DNA from: an uncultured Clostridia bacterium
Lineage (GTDB): Bacteria > Bacillota > Clostridia > TANB77 > CAG-508
Reading direction: 5' to 3'
Assembly (NCBI GenBank): GCA_944393385.1
Contig: CALYAA010000004.1
Coordinates: 9,401 to 73,400 of the forward strand
Length of the DNA: 64,000 nt
Both the position numbers and the translations under genes were made by a program. Positions 11,079 to 20,475 of the stretch are shown in pieces (position 1 is the first letter of the stretch; every line of letters begins with the position of its first letter). Below the pieces are notes generated by a model. That model did no database searches, was not told the DNA's origin, and saw only the letters and a program-made list of their open reading frames with translations.

Positions 11079-11963
11079 CTATTCATTTTTTACATCTTTA
11101 TTTTGAAATATTACTAATGATAACATGTCAATTATAATTGCAAAAACAATTAATATTATTGGTGAATATTCAATATTAGAATAATTAAATATAATATATA
11201 TTCCTAAAGAAATTAGAATATTTAATGCTATATTACTTGTAAATGAACTAATTAGTATGCCTATAGCAATTAATAATATATACAATGATACTTTATTAAT
11301 TATTAAATTTATCATATAATAAGATAAGTTCATAACATTTATACTTTGATCTGCTTTATTATATATTATTGCATCTAAACTATAACTATCAAATCCAAAT
11401 ATTAAACCACCAATTGTATATTGTAATAAAACCATAAATACTATAATTATAATTACAATAAATATATTTGTTATTATTTTTGAACACATAATCTTTGCTC
11501 TTTTATGAGGCTTTACAAATAAGTTTTTTATTGTTCCTTTGCTATATTCTTCAGAAATAATTGTACTAGATATTGCAATAACTATAAAAACAAAAATGAT
11601 ATCAAAATTGTCAAAAATTTTCATTAATATTATTCTTGCATCTTTTGGTAATGGTGCATTTGTATTTTCCGAGTTTAATAATATGTTATATTGTATATTA
11701 TTTTCAACTGCATATTTTTCAAGTGCCATTCTTTCAACAATTTCTTCATATTTTTCATCATCTATGTTTTTTTGATACTCTAAATATGATTTATCTCTTT
11801 CATATCCTTTTTCATATTGTTTTACGATATCATCAACTTTTGGATTTGTTATTTTTTGAAACAAGCTATAACCTACTATCATTAAAATTCCTATTAATAA
11901 TAATATGTATATATTTTTTCTTTTAAATATTTTTATTAATTCATTTTCTATTAATTTTTTCAT
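11079..11963 (-). CDS. ABC-2 type permease, paralog of 7057..8529
   Basis: MKKLIENELIKIFKRK, EEYSKGTIKNLFVKPHKRAKI, FQNKDV; RBS favours ATG 11963. Confidence 0.88.
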   Translation of the reverse strand: MKKLIENELIKIFKRKNIYILLLIGILMIVGYSLFQKITNPKVDDIVKQYEKGYERDKSYLEYQKNIDDEKYEEIVERMALEKYAVENNIQYNILLNSENTNAPLPKDARIILMKIFDNFDIIFVFIVIAISSTIISEEYSKGTIKNLFVKPHKRAKIMCSKIITNIFIVIIIIVFMVLLQYTIGGLIFGFDSYSLDAIIYNKADQSINVMNLSYYMINLIINKVSLYILLIAIGILISSFTSNIALNILISLGIYIIFNYSNIEYSPIILIVFAIIIDMLSLVIFQNKDVKNE

Positions 11964-12161
11964 TTTTTCTCCTTTATTTTCTGAATAAATATTACCATAT
12001 ATATTTAATATTTTCAATCAAAAATAAAATAAATCCCAAAAAAGTAAATTTTTTGTATATTTGCATTTTTGCCCAAAATATGTTATAATTAGAAGTGTTA
12101 GCATTTATTGTAAATAAAACAAATTATAAAATGAAACATTGAATTGAAAGGATATTAATTA

Positions 12162-12494
12162 ATGGAATTAATTATTATAATATATATTTTAATATTTATA
12201 ATTTTTGCATTATGTGCATTTGCTGTTATGCAGATAAAACTTGCAGGAATAAATGTTAAAGATTTCTGGAGTTTTATTGAAGCAAACCAAATTTTAGATA
12301 AATTATACGAGTTTTCTCAAAAGTATAAAACATTAACACCTCAGCAAAAAGTTGTTTATTTAATGGAAGCTGAAAAAGTTTTTACTGCTTTTGATAAAAT
12401 ACCTAATATTGTTTGGGAAGATGAATTTAAAAAATATGATGAAGTTTTGAAAAAATATAAAGAGATAAAATTAGAAAAATGGATATCAAATTAA
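12162..12494 (+). CDS. Hypothetical protein with N-terminal TM helix
   Basis: 110-aa ORF, GAAAGGA RBS, TTGCAT/TATAAT-like promoter upstream. Confidence 0.75.
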   Translation: MELIIIIYILIFIIFALCAFAVMQIKLAGINVKDFWSFIEANQILDKLYEFSQKYKTLTPQQKVVYLMEAEKVFTAFDKIPNIVWEDEFKKYDEVLKKYKEIKLEKWISN

Positions 12495-12505
12495 TATCCA
12501 TTTTT

Positions 12506-14914
12506 TTAGTTTAATTTAAATATAAATTCTTTATTCCTTACAATTTTGCCATTTAAAATATCTTCTGCTATTTTATCTTCAACAAGTTCTTGTATTGCTC
12601 TTCTTAAGGGTCTTGCACCATAGTTTTTGTCAATTTTTGTTTTTGAAATATTTTCTGCAACAGAAGAGTCAATTTTAATTAAATAACTTTTTTCTTCAAG
12701 TCTTCTTTCAACTTGATTTAGCATAATTTGAGCTATTTGAGTAATTTCACTTTCCTCTAACTTATGAAATACAATTATTTCATCTATTCTATTTATAAAC
12801 TCTGGTCTGAATTCTCTTTTTAATTCTTTCATAATTTCTTCTTTAGTTTCTTCATATTCTTTTGTATCTGAATTTTTTCCATTTTCAAATCCTAATACTT
12901 TTTTATCTGTCATATATTTTGCTCCAATGTTTGATGTCATAATAATAATTGTATTCTTAAAATCAACTTCTCTTCCTTGAGAATCTGTAAGTCTTCCATC
13001 TTCTAATATTTGTAATAATAAATTCATAACGTCTTGATGTGCTTTTTCTATTTCATCAAATAAAATAAGGGAATATGGTTTTCTTCTGACCTTTTCTGTT
13101 AGTTGCCCTCCATTGTCAAATCCTACATATCCTGGAGGAGCTCCTATAATTTTAGATATAGAATGTGGTTCCATATATTCAGACATATCAAGTCTTATCA
13201 TTGTGTTTTCATTATCAAATATACTTTCTGCTAAGGCTTTTGATAATTCTGTTTTTCCAACTCCAGTTGGTCCAAGAAATAAAAATGAGCCTATTGGTCT
13301 TTTAGGGTCTTTTAAACCAATTCTTCCTCTTTTTATTGCTTTTGCAACCGCTTCTACTGCTTCATTTTGACCTATTACTCTTTTATGCAAATTCTCTTCT
13401 AAGTGTTTCATTTTTTCATTCTCATCTTCATTTAATCTTTGAATTGGAATTCCAGTCCATTTAGAAATAACTTCTGCAATATTTTCTTCATGAATTTCTG
13501 TTATATCGACATCTTTTTGTTTTTCCCAAATTTTAATGTTTTGTTCTAACTTTATTTTCATTTCATTTTCTTTATCTCTTAAGCTCGCTGCTTTTTCAAA
13601 CTGTTGGCTTAAAATTGCTTCATCTTTTTCTTTTTCTATTTTATCTATTTCTTCTTGTAACTTTTTTATTTCATCTGGTTCTATAAACTTTCTCGTTCTA
13701 ATTTTTGATGCCGATTCATCTATTAAATCTATTGCTTTATCTGGTAAGTATCTATCAGTAATATATCTTATTGATAATTTTGTTGCAGATTTTATTGCTT
13801 CATCAGTTATTTTTACATTATGATGTGCTTCGTATTTGTCTCTAATTCCATATAATATTTCTATTGTTTCTGTTTCTGTTGGTTCATCTACTTGTATAGT
13901 TGTGAATCTTCTTTCTAAAGCAGAATCTTTTTCTATATATTTTCTATATTCTTCCAATGTTGTAGCACCTATTAATTGGATTTCTCCTCTTGCTAATAAA
14001 GGTTTTAAAATATTAGCTGCATCTATTGCTCCTTCTGCAGCTCCAGCACCAACTATAGTATGTATTTCATCTATGAATAGTATAATATTTCCTGCTTTTT
14101 TAACTTCATTTAAAGCTTTTTTTATTCTATCTTCAAAATCGCCTCTATATTTTGTTCCTGCTACCATCCCAGAAAGATCCATACTAACAATTCTTTTATC
14201 AACTAAATTTTGTGGTACATTTCCTATTACAATTTTTTCTGCTAATCCCTCAACAATTGCTGTTTTTCCAACTCCTGGTTCTCCTATTAAGCATGGATTA
14301 TTTTTTGTTCTTCTTGATAGAATTTCTATTATTCTTTCTATTTCTTTATCTCTTCCAACAATGTTGTCAAACTTTCCTTCTTCTGCTTTTTCAGTAATAT
14401 CTTCTCCAAATTGATTTAAAATTGGAGTTTGAGAATTTTTATATTTATTATTTTTTATTTCTTTATTATTTTCTATATCTACCTCTTCATTTATTACTTT
14501 TGCTATTTCATTATATATCTGTGGTATTTCTACATTTAATTCCAAAATTATTTTTGTTGCAATACTATCTTCTTCTTTTAAAATAGCTAATAATAAATGT
14601 TCTGTTCCTATATAATTAAAACCTATTCTTCTTGCCTCTATAAACGCATTTTCTAATATTCTTTTACTTCTTGGAGTAAATCCTAATGATTCTTGTATTT
14701 CTCTTCCATTTCCTAGCATTTCTTGTATTTCTTTTAACACTTTTTCTGCTGTAATTCCTTTATTTGTTAAAACTTTAGAAGCAACACCTTCTCCTTCTTT
14801 AACTAGTCCATATAAAATGTGCTCTGTTCCAATATAGTTATGACCTAACTCTATTGATTTATCATTTGCAATTTCAATAACCTTTTTTGCTCTATTAGTA
14901 AATTTATACACCAT
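12506..14914 (-). CDS. clpC: ATP-dependent Clp protease ATP-binding subunit ClpC
   Basis: Two Clp-N repeats, [11 protein letters not shown] motif [27 protein letters not shown]. Confidence 0.95.
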   Translation of the reverse strand: MVYKFTNRAKKVIEIANDKSIELGHNYIGTEHILYGLVKEGEGVASKVLTNKGITAEKVLKEIQEMLGNGREIQESLGFTPRSKRILENAFIEARRIGFNYIGTEHLLLAILKEEDSIATKIILELNVEIPQIYNEIAKVINEEVDIENNKEIKNNKYKNSQTPILNQFGEDITEKAEEGKFDNIVGRDKEIERIIEILSRRTKNNPCLIGEPGVGKTAIVEGLAEKIVIGNVPQNLVDKRIVSMDLSGMVAGTKYRGDFEDRIKKALNEVKKAGNIILFIDEIHTIVGAGAAEGAIDAANILKPLLARGEIQLIGATTLEEYRKYIEKDSALERRFTTIQVDEPTETETIEILYGIRDKYEAHHNVKITDEAIKSATKLSIRYITDRYLPDKAIDLIDESASKIRTRKFIEPDEIKKLQEEIDKIEKEKDEAILSQQFEKAASLRDKENEMKIKLEQNIKIWEKQKDVDITEIHEENIAEVISKWTGIPIQRLNEDENEKMKHLEENLHKRVIGQNEAVEAVAKAIKRGRIGLKDPKRPIGSFLFLGPTGVGKTELSKALAESIFDNENTMIRLDMSEYMEPHSISKIIGAPPGYVGFDNGGQLTEKVRRKPYSLILFDEIEKAHQDVMNLLLQILEDGRLTDSQGREVDFKNTIIIMTSNIGAKYMTDKKVLGFENGKNSDTKEYEETKEEIMKELKREFRPEFINRIDEIIVFHKLEESEITQIAQIMLNQVERRLEEKSYLIKIDSSVAENISKTKIDKNYGARPLRRAIQELVEDKIAEDILNGKIVRNKEFIFKLN

Positions 14915-14962
14915 ATTTAATATCATTCCTTTCACAAAGCTCTAATTGACTGGAATTTGTAT

Positions 14963-15175
14963 TTATTCTTCAATATTATTTTTTTCTTGAACATTCTTTT
15001 TTTCTTGAACATTCTTTTTTTTGTTCTCTTTTGGCTTTGTCATATTGGCTAATTCTTCTGCCTTTTCTTTTTGTTTTGGTAATGATACCCATGCAAAATA
15101 CGATGATACAAATTCCCCATATTGTGTTGCATCTTCTCCTACTTCAGGATGTGATTGTTTTTGTTTTTTACTCAT
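14963..15175 (-). CDS. Small basic hypothetical protein
   Basis: GAAAGGA RBS before ATG 15175; MSKKQKQSHPEVGEDATQYGEF..., KKNVQE duplicated; GAATA-18-CATAC sporulation-type promoter upstream. Confidence 0.65.
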   Translation of the reverse strand: MSKKQKQSHPEVGEDATQYGEFVSSYFAWVSLPKQKEKAEELANMTKPKENKKKNVQEKKNVQEKNNIEE

Positions 15176-15284
15176 AAAAAATTTATTCCTTTCTAAAGCA
15201 CACATAGTTATGAAACCAATTTTTTCAAACTAAAAAGCACTCCTTTTATATAAGGTATGTGCTTTTTTTATTTTTTTTATTCAC

Positions 15285-15359
15285 TTAATCTTTAATTCCA
15301 AATAATAATTTTACAATTCCTCTTAAACATTTTGGAACTTTTTTTACAACTATAGTCAT
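15285..15359 (-). CDS. spoVM: Stage V sporulation protein M (24 aa), below the ORF-track cutoff
   Basis: AGGAGG RBS; MTIVVKKVPKCLRGIVKLLFGIKD, amphipathic helix with the conserved Pro9. Confidence 0.85.
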   Translation of the reverse strand: MTIVVKKVPKCLRGIVKLLFGIKD

Positions 15360-15381
15360 ATGTACCTCCTTTTTTGCTTTC

Positions 15382-15528
15382 TTAACAGAGTAGCCATAAT
15401 ATTCCTACAAGTATTACTATTACCCCTATTAAAAAGAGCCACCCAGTTATTGGAAGGAATAATGCTAGTAATATTCCTATTCCTAGTCCTACTAGACATA
15501 CTCCAAATGTCTTTTTTAAAATTTTCAT
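15382..15528 (-). CDS. 48-aa two-TM small membrane protein upstream of spoVM
   Basis: GGAGG RBS; MKILKKTFGVCLVGLGIGILLALFLPITGWLFLIGVIVILVGILWLLC. Confidence 0.75.
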   Translation of the reverse strand: MKILKKTFGVCLVGLGIGILLALFLPITGWLFLIGVIVILVGILWLLC

Positions 15529-15664
15529 TATGATTTCCTCCAACTTTTTATATATTATATTAATTTTAATTTAAAGTTGTGATTTATGTAGAATTTTATT
15601 TTTTTAATTCTAAAATCATATTAATAAGCCTTTCATAATATTATTATTTGAAAGGTTATTTAAA

Positions 15665-16987
15665 ATGAAAAAAATCAAAACATTTATATTTAACACATTA
15701 ATATTATTATTTAGTTCAATAATTTTACAAATAATTAGTACATATTTTAATGTTTATATATCTAATTCTATTGGTGAAGAAGCTGTTGGAGTTTTTGCTT
15801 TAGTTATGTCTGTATATACTTTTGGAATAACTTTAGCTTCAGCAGGTATAAATATTGCTACAACTAGAATTGTTTCAGAAGAACTTGCAGCAAATAATGA
15901 AACTGGAAGCAAAAAAGCTGCAACTAGATGTGTTCTTTTTAGTTTATTTTTTGGAATTTGTGCAAGTTTTATTTTTTTTATTTTTGCTGATTTTATTGCA
16001 TTAAAATGCTTACATAATCAAATTAGTAAAAATGTTATTTATTTAATATGTATTGCATTACCATTTATTTCTATGTCATCAGCTATAAATGGGTATTTTA
16101 CTGCAGTTAGACGAGTATATAAAAATGCTGTTTCTAAATTTATTGAAGAACTTGTAAAAATTATATTTACTGCATTTTTATTAAGTACTTTTATGCCTAA
16201 AACCATTGACTTTGCTTGTTATTCTTTAATTTTGGCAGATGTAATATCAGAAGTAGTTTCTTTTTTTGCTTTGTTTGTTTTTTATAAATTTGATAAGCGA
16301 AAAAATTTATTAGAATCAAGATTTAGAGATTTGGATTCTTATAACAAACGTATTTTGAGAATTACTATACCTGTTGCTATAACATCTTATTTGCGTTCAG
16401 GACTTTCTACAATAAAACAATTAATAATACCTTCTAGTCTACAAAAAAGTGGAATGAATGCTTCAAATAGTTTGATTTCCTATGGAATTGTTAATGGTAT
16501 GGCTATGCCTATAATCATGTTTCCTGTTATACTGGTTACTAGTTTTAGCGGACTTTTAATACCTGAATTTTCTAGATTATTAGTTGAAGAAAAATATAGT
16601 AAAATAAAAAAAGTATCTATTTTTATTTTAAGTTTTACTTTTATTTTTGCAATGTTTATTACTATTATAATTTTTACTTTTTCTGACCTTTTGAGTACTT
16701 TAATTTATCAAAAACTTGAGATTGCAAAATATTTGCGTATACTTTCTCCTTTAATAATTATTATGTATTTAGATATTGTTATTGATGGCATTTTAAAAGG
16801 ATTAGATGCTCAGGTTTCCGTTATGGCTATTAATGTTTTTGATTGTATTATTAGTATTGGCTTTATTTATTTTTTTGTACCTGTTTTAGGCTTTAATGGT
16901 TATATAATTTCTATTTTTATTAGTGAAGTTGTTAATTTTTCTTTAAGTCGGAATAAAATTAATGAATATTTTAAAAAAGCAGAATAA
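15665..16987 (+). CDS. SpoVB/MurJ-like polysaccharide flippase (alternative end 16997 with a +1 shift at CGG 16949)
   Basis: IGEEAVGVFALVM, GINIATTRIVSE, YGIVNGMAMPIIMFP, GILKGLD; many TM helices. Confidence 0.88.
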   Translation: MKKIKTFIFNTLILLFSSIILQIISTYFNVYISNSIGEEAVGVFALVMSVYTFGITLASAGINIATTRIVSEELAANNETGSKKAATRCVLFSLFFGICASFIFFIFADFIALKCLHNQISKNVIYLICIALPFISMSSAINGYFTAVRRVYKNAVSKFIEELVKIIFTAFLLSTFMPKTIDFACYSLILADVISEVVSFFALFVFYKFDKRKNLLESRFRDLDSYNKRILRITIPVAITSYLRSGLSTIKQLIIPSSLQKSGMNASNSLISYGIVNGMAMPIIMFPVILVTSFSGLLIPEFSRLLVEEKYSKIKKVSIFILSFTFIFAMFITIIIFTFSDLLSTLIYQKLEIAKYLRILSPLIIIMYLDIVIDGILKGLDAQVSVMAINVFDCIISIGFIYFFVPVLGFNGYIISIFISEVVNFSLSRNKINEYFKKAE

Positions 16988-17079
16988 AATCAGCTAGAAT
17001 ACTTTTTCTCTAGATATACAATTTAAAATATTTAAATCAACAATCACAAAACTCATCATATAATATTATGGTGATGTTT

Positions 17080-17571
17080 ATGAATATAGCAAATTATGAT
17101 AGGAACTCTGCAATTTCTTATGCAAAAAAATGGGCCTTATCTAGAAATCCAAAATATTACAATTTTGATGCAGTTGGTGGAGATTGCACAAGTTTTGTTT
17201 CTCAATGCTTATATGCAGGTTCTAAAAAGATGAATTATAATCCAAAAAACGGATGGTATTATAATAATGGTTATGATAAATCTCCATCTTGGAGTGGTGT
17301 TGAATTTTTATATAAGTTTTTAACTACAAATAATGGATTTGGTCCTCGAGGAACTGAAGTTTCACAAAATGGAATAGAAGTTGGAGATATTGTTCAACTT
17401 TCATTTAATGGTTTAACTTTTGAACATAGTCTATTTATAATTAATATTACAGGTTCTTCTTTAAATGACATTGCTGTTGCAGCTCATACTTATGATGTAT
17501 TAGAAAAAAAGGTTGGAGAATATAATTTTAGTAAATATAGATTTGTTCACATAGAAAATGTAGGGATATAA
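17080..17571 (+). CDS. Amidase_6-type domain protein
   Basis: YDRNSAISYAKKWA...GGDCTSFVSQCLYAG...GDIVQL...HS...AAHT. Confidence 0.85.
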   Translation: MNIANYDRNSAISYAKKWALSRNPKYYNFDAVGGDCTSFVSQCLYAGSKKMNYNPKNGWYYNNGYDKSPSWSGVEFLYKFLTTNNGFGPRGTEVSQNGIEVGDIVQLSFNGLTFEHSLFIINITGSSLNDIAVAAHTYDVLEKKVGEYNFSKYRFVHIENVGI

Positions 17572-17606
17572 TTAGTTTATCCCTACATTTTTTGTGTACA
17601 AAAATA

Positions 17607-18339
17607 TTAAATTATTTCAATAATTGCATGTAATTTTGTATCATCTTGACTTTTTATTACAACAATATGTTTATTATTTACAAATGCATATTTGCATTTA
17701 ACAGTTTCCCCTAATTTAATTTCTTTTTTATATGAAATTTGAAAAAAATCAAATTCTTTTGAATTAAAATAGATGTCATCTGGTAAAGCTTCATTTGCTA
17801 AATCTAAATAGTTGATATTATGCATATGATGGTTTACATCAATATCGCCTCTTTTTACTGTATAATCAGCTTCTCTTTCATAATGTTCTTGTTCTTTCAA
17901 TTTTTCAAAAACTTCATCTGGACCAAATGAAAATTTTTCTAATTCTGGTTTATATTTTGAAAGAATTTCTTCATTTACTCTTTCTAATTTTTCTGTATCT
18001 ATATTTATTAAAACCCATTTTGACATTGCTTTAACTATAGTGTTTCCTTGTTCATCTTGAATTTCAAAGTCACGAAAAGCATAGAACTTTTGAGCATCTT
18101 TTGACCATGTTCTGGCTAATATTTTTTCTGCATAAATTGGTCTTCTTATAACTTGAACTTTCCAATCAATTAATACCCATGTTAAACGTGTTTTATCCAT
18201 TGTAGGAATTCCGTAATCCTGCAATATTAGAATGCACTCCTCCAATATCTTCAAATATCCCAAGTAATGCTTTATTTGTTATTTTATTTTCTTTTCCTAT
18301 TTGTGATAATTGTACATAATATTCTCTTTCTACTACCAT
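17607..18339 (-). CDS. Acyl-ACP thioesterase split by one +1 frameshift near 18212 (243 aa if joined)
   Basis: N-terminus MVVEREYYVQLSQIGKENKITNKALLGIFEDIGGVHSNIAG from ATG 18339 is in another frame from GIPTMDK...DIDVNHHMHNINY...YKKEIKLGE. Confidence 0.85.
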
Positions 18340-18359
18340 TTTGCGCCTCTTTTAAAAAT

Positions 18360-19667
18360 TTAATATCCTGGTTTTTCTAATAATTTAAACATATTTTTCT
18401 TATATTTTTCAACACCAGGTTGATTGAATGGATTAACTCCTAAAATCATTCCAGACATTGCACATGCTTTTTCAAAGAAATATATTAAATGTCCTAAAGT
18501 TTCTTCATTAAGCTCAGGTAATTCTAATATCATATTAGGAACATCTCCAGATGCATGTGCTTCTACTGTTCCCTCCATTGCTTTTTTATTTACATAGTCT
18601 AATGTTTTTCCTGCTAAATAGTTTAAACCATCTAAATTGTCTTCTTCTTCTTTTAACTCTACATCTGATTCTGATTTTTCTATTCTTATAACTGTTTCAA
18701 ACAAATTTCTTCTTCCTTCTTGTATATATTGTCCCATAGAATGTAAATCAGTTGTAAAATCTACTCCTGTTGGAAAAATTCCTAATTGATCTTTTCCTTC
18801 GCTCTCTCCAAACAATTGTTTCCACCACTCTGTAAAATAGTGCATTTTAGGTTCATAATTTACTAATATTTCAATATTCTTATATAATTTATATAAAATA
18901 TTTCTTACAACTGCATATTGATAACATGCATTATATTTTAAGTTTGAGTCTTCATATTTTAACTGAGCATTTCTTGCACCTTCCATTAATTTGTCTATAT
19001 TAATTCCTGCTACTGCAATTGGAAGTAATCCAACAGCTGTTAATACAGAATATCTTCCTCCAACATTATCTGGAATAACAAAAGTTTCATATCCTTCTTC
19101 ATTTGCTAGAGTTTTTAAAGCTCCTTTTTCTTTATCTGTTGTAACATATATTCTACTTCTAGCTTCATCTATACCATATCTATTTTCTAGTATTTCTCTG
19201 AAAATTCTAAATGCAATTGCAGGTTCTGTTGTTGTTCCTGATTTTGAAATAACATTAATAGAAAAATCTTTTGTTCCTAATAATTCTATTAAATCATTTA
19301 AATAATTTGGGCTCAAATTATTTCCTACATAAAGTATTTGTGGGAACTTTCTTTCTTTTTCTGGCATCATATTATAAAAAGTATTAGTTAAGCTTTCTAT
19401 AACTGCTCTTGCTCCTAAATAAGATCCTCCAATTCCAATTACTATTAATACTTCAGAATCTTCTTGTATTTTTTTTGCACATTTTTTTATTCTTTCAAAC
19501 TCATCTTTATCATATTTTGTTGGTAATTCTAGCCATCCAACAAAATCTTTTTCGTCATTTGCCCTATCATGTAATTCTTGATGTATTCTTTCTACTTGTT
19601 CTTTGTATTGCATTATTGTCTTTTGTTCAACTCCAGAATATTTCAAATTTAATTTTAAATTTAACAT
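18360..19667 (-). CDS. pgi: Glucose-6-phosphate isomerase
   Basis: [44 protein letters not shown]. Confidence 0.97.
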   Translation of the reverse strand: MLNLKLNLKYSGVEQKTIMQYKEQVERIHQELHDRANDEKDFVGWLELPTKYDKDEFERIKKCAKKIQEDSEVLIVIGIGGSYLGARAVIESLTNTFYNMMPEKERKFPQILYVGNNLSPNYLNDLIELLGTKDFSINVISKSGTTTEPAIAFRIFREILENRYGIDEARSRIYVTTDKEKGALKTLANEEGYETFVIPDNVGGRYSVLTAVGLLPIAVAGINIDKLMEGARNAQLKYEDSNLKYNACYQYAVVRNILYKLYKNIEILVNYEPKMHYFTEWWKQLFGESEGKDQLGIFPTGVDFTTDLHSMGQYIQEGRRNLFETVIRIEKSESDVELKEEEDNLDGLNYLAGKTLDYVNKKAMEGTVEAHASGDVPNMILELPELNEETLGHLIYFFEKACAMSGMILGVNPFNQPGVEKYKKNMFKLLEKPGY

Positions 19668-19686
19668 AGACTTTACCTTCTTTCCT

Positions 19687-20346
19687 TTAATTTTTTAATT
19701 CATCAATAATAACTTTATAATCAGATGCCATTAAAATTGCTGTTCCTGCAACTAATATGTTTGCTCCTGCTTCCTTTACTCTTTGAGCTGTTTTTAAATT
19801 AATTCCACCATCTACTTCTATGTCGATTTCAATACTATTTTTATCAATATAACTTTTTAGTTCATTTATTTTTGCAATCATTTCTGTAATTAATGTTTGA
19901 CCACCTTTTCCTGGTTCTACAGTCATTACTAAACACATATGTATATATGGTAAATATTTATAAACTTCTTGTATTGGAGTATCTGGCTTTATTGCTATTC
20001 CAACTCTCGCTCCTTTTTCTTTTATTAACTCTATATTTTTCATTACTTCTTCTTCATTTTTACATGCTTCTAGATGAAATGTAATTATATTTGGTTCATT
20101 TGCCGAAAATACTTCTATTCCTGTTTCTACATCTTCTACCATTAAATGCACATCTAATGGTAAATTTGATATTCTTCTTATGTAATTACTATATTCTATC
20201 ATCTTTTTGTAGGTATCTTGTTTAACAAATTTTCCATCCATTACATCTATATGAAAATAATCTGTTTTTGATTTTTCTAGTAGTAGAAATGTTTCTGCTT
20301 CATTTCCGCTCTCTACTGATAATATTGATGTTGATACTTCTACCAT
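19687..20346 (-). CDS. rpe: Ribulose-phosphate 3-epimerase
   Basis: [31 protein letters not shown]. Confidence 0.95.
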   Translation of the reverse strand: MVEVSTSILSVESGNEAETFLLLEKSKTDYFHIDVMDGKFVKQDTYKKMIEYSNYIRRISNLPLDVHLMVEDVETGIEVFSANEPNIITFHLEACKNEEEVMKNIELIKEKGARVGIAIKPDTPIQEVYKYLPYIHMCLVMTVEPGKGGQTLITEMIAKINELKSYIDKNSIEIDIEVDGGINLKTAQRVKEAGANILVAGTAILMASDYKVIIDELKN

Positions 20347-20475
20347 TTTTTTCTTCCTTTCTTTTTAACATACTCATTATATATTATTTTCCAGAAAAAG
20401 TCTATAATAAAAAAATAAAAATACACAAATAGTTGTACTAATCTGTTTAACTATTTGTGTATTAATAAATTTATC

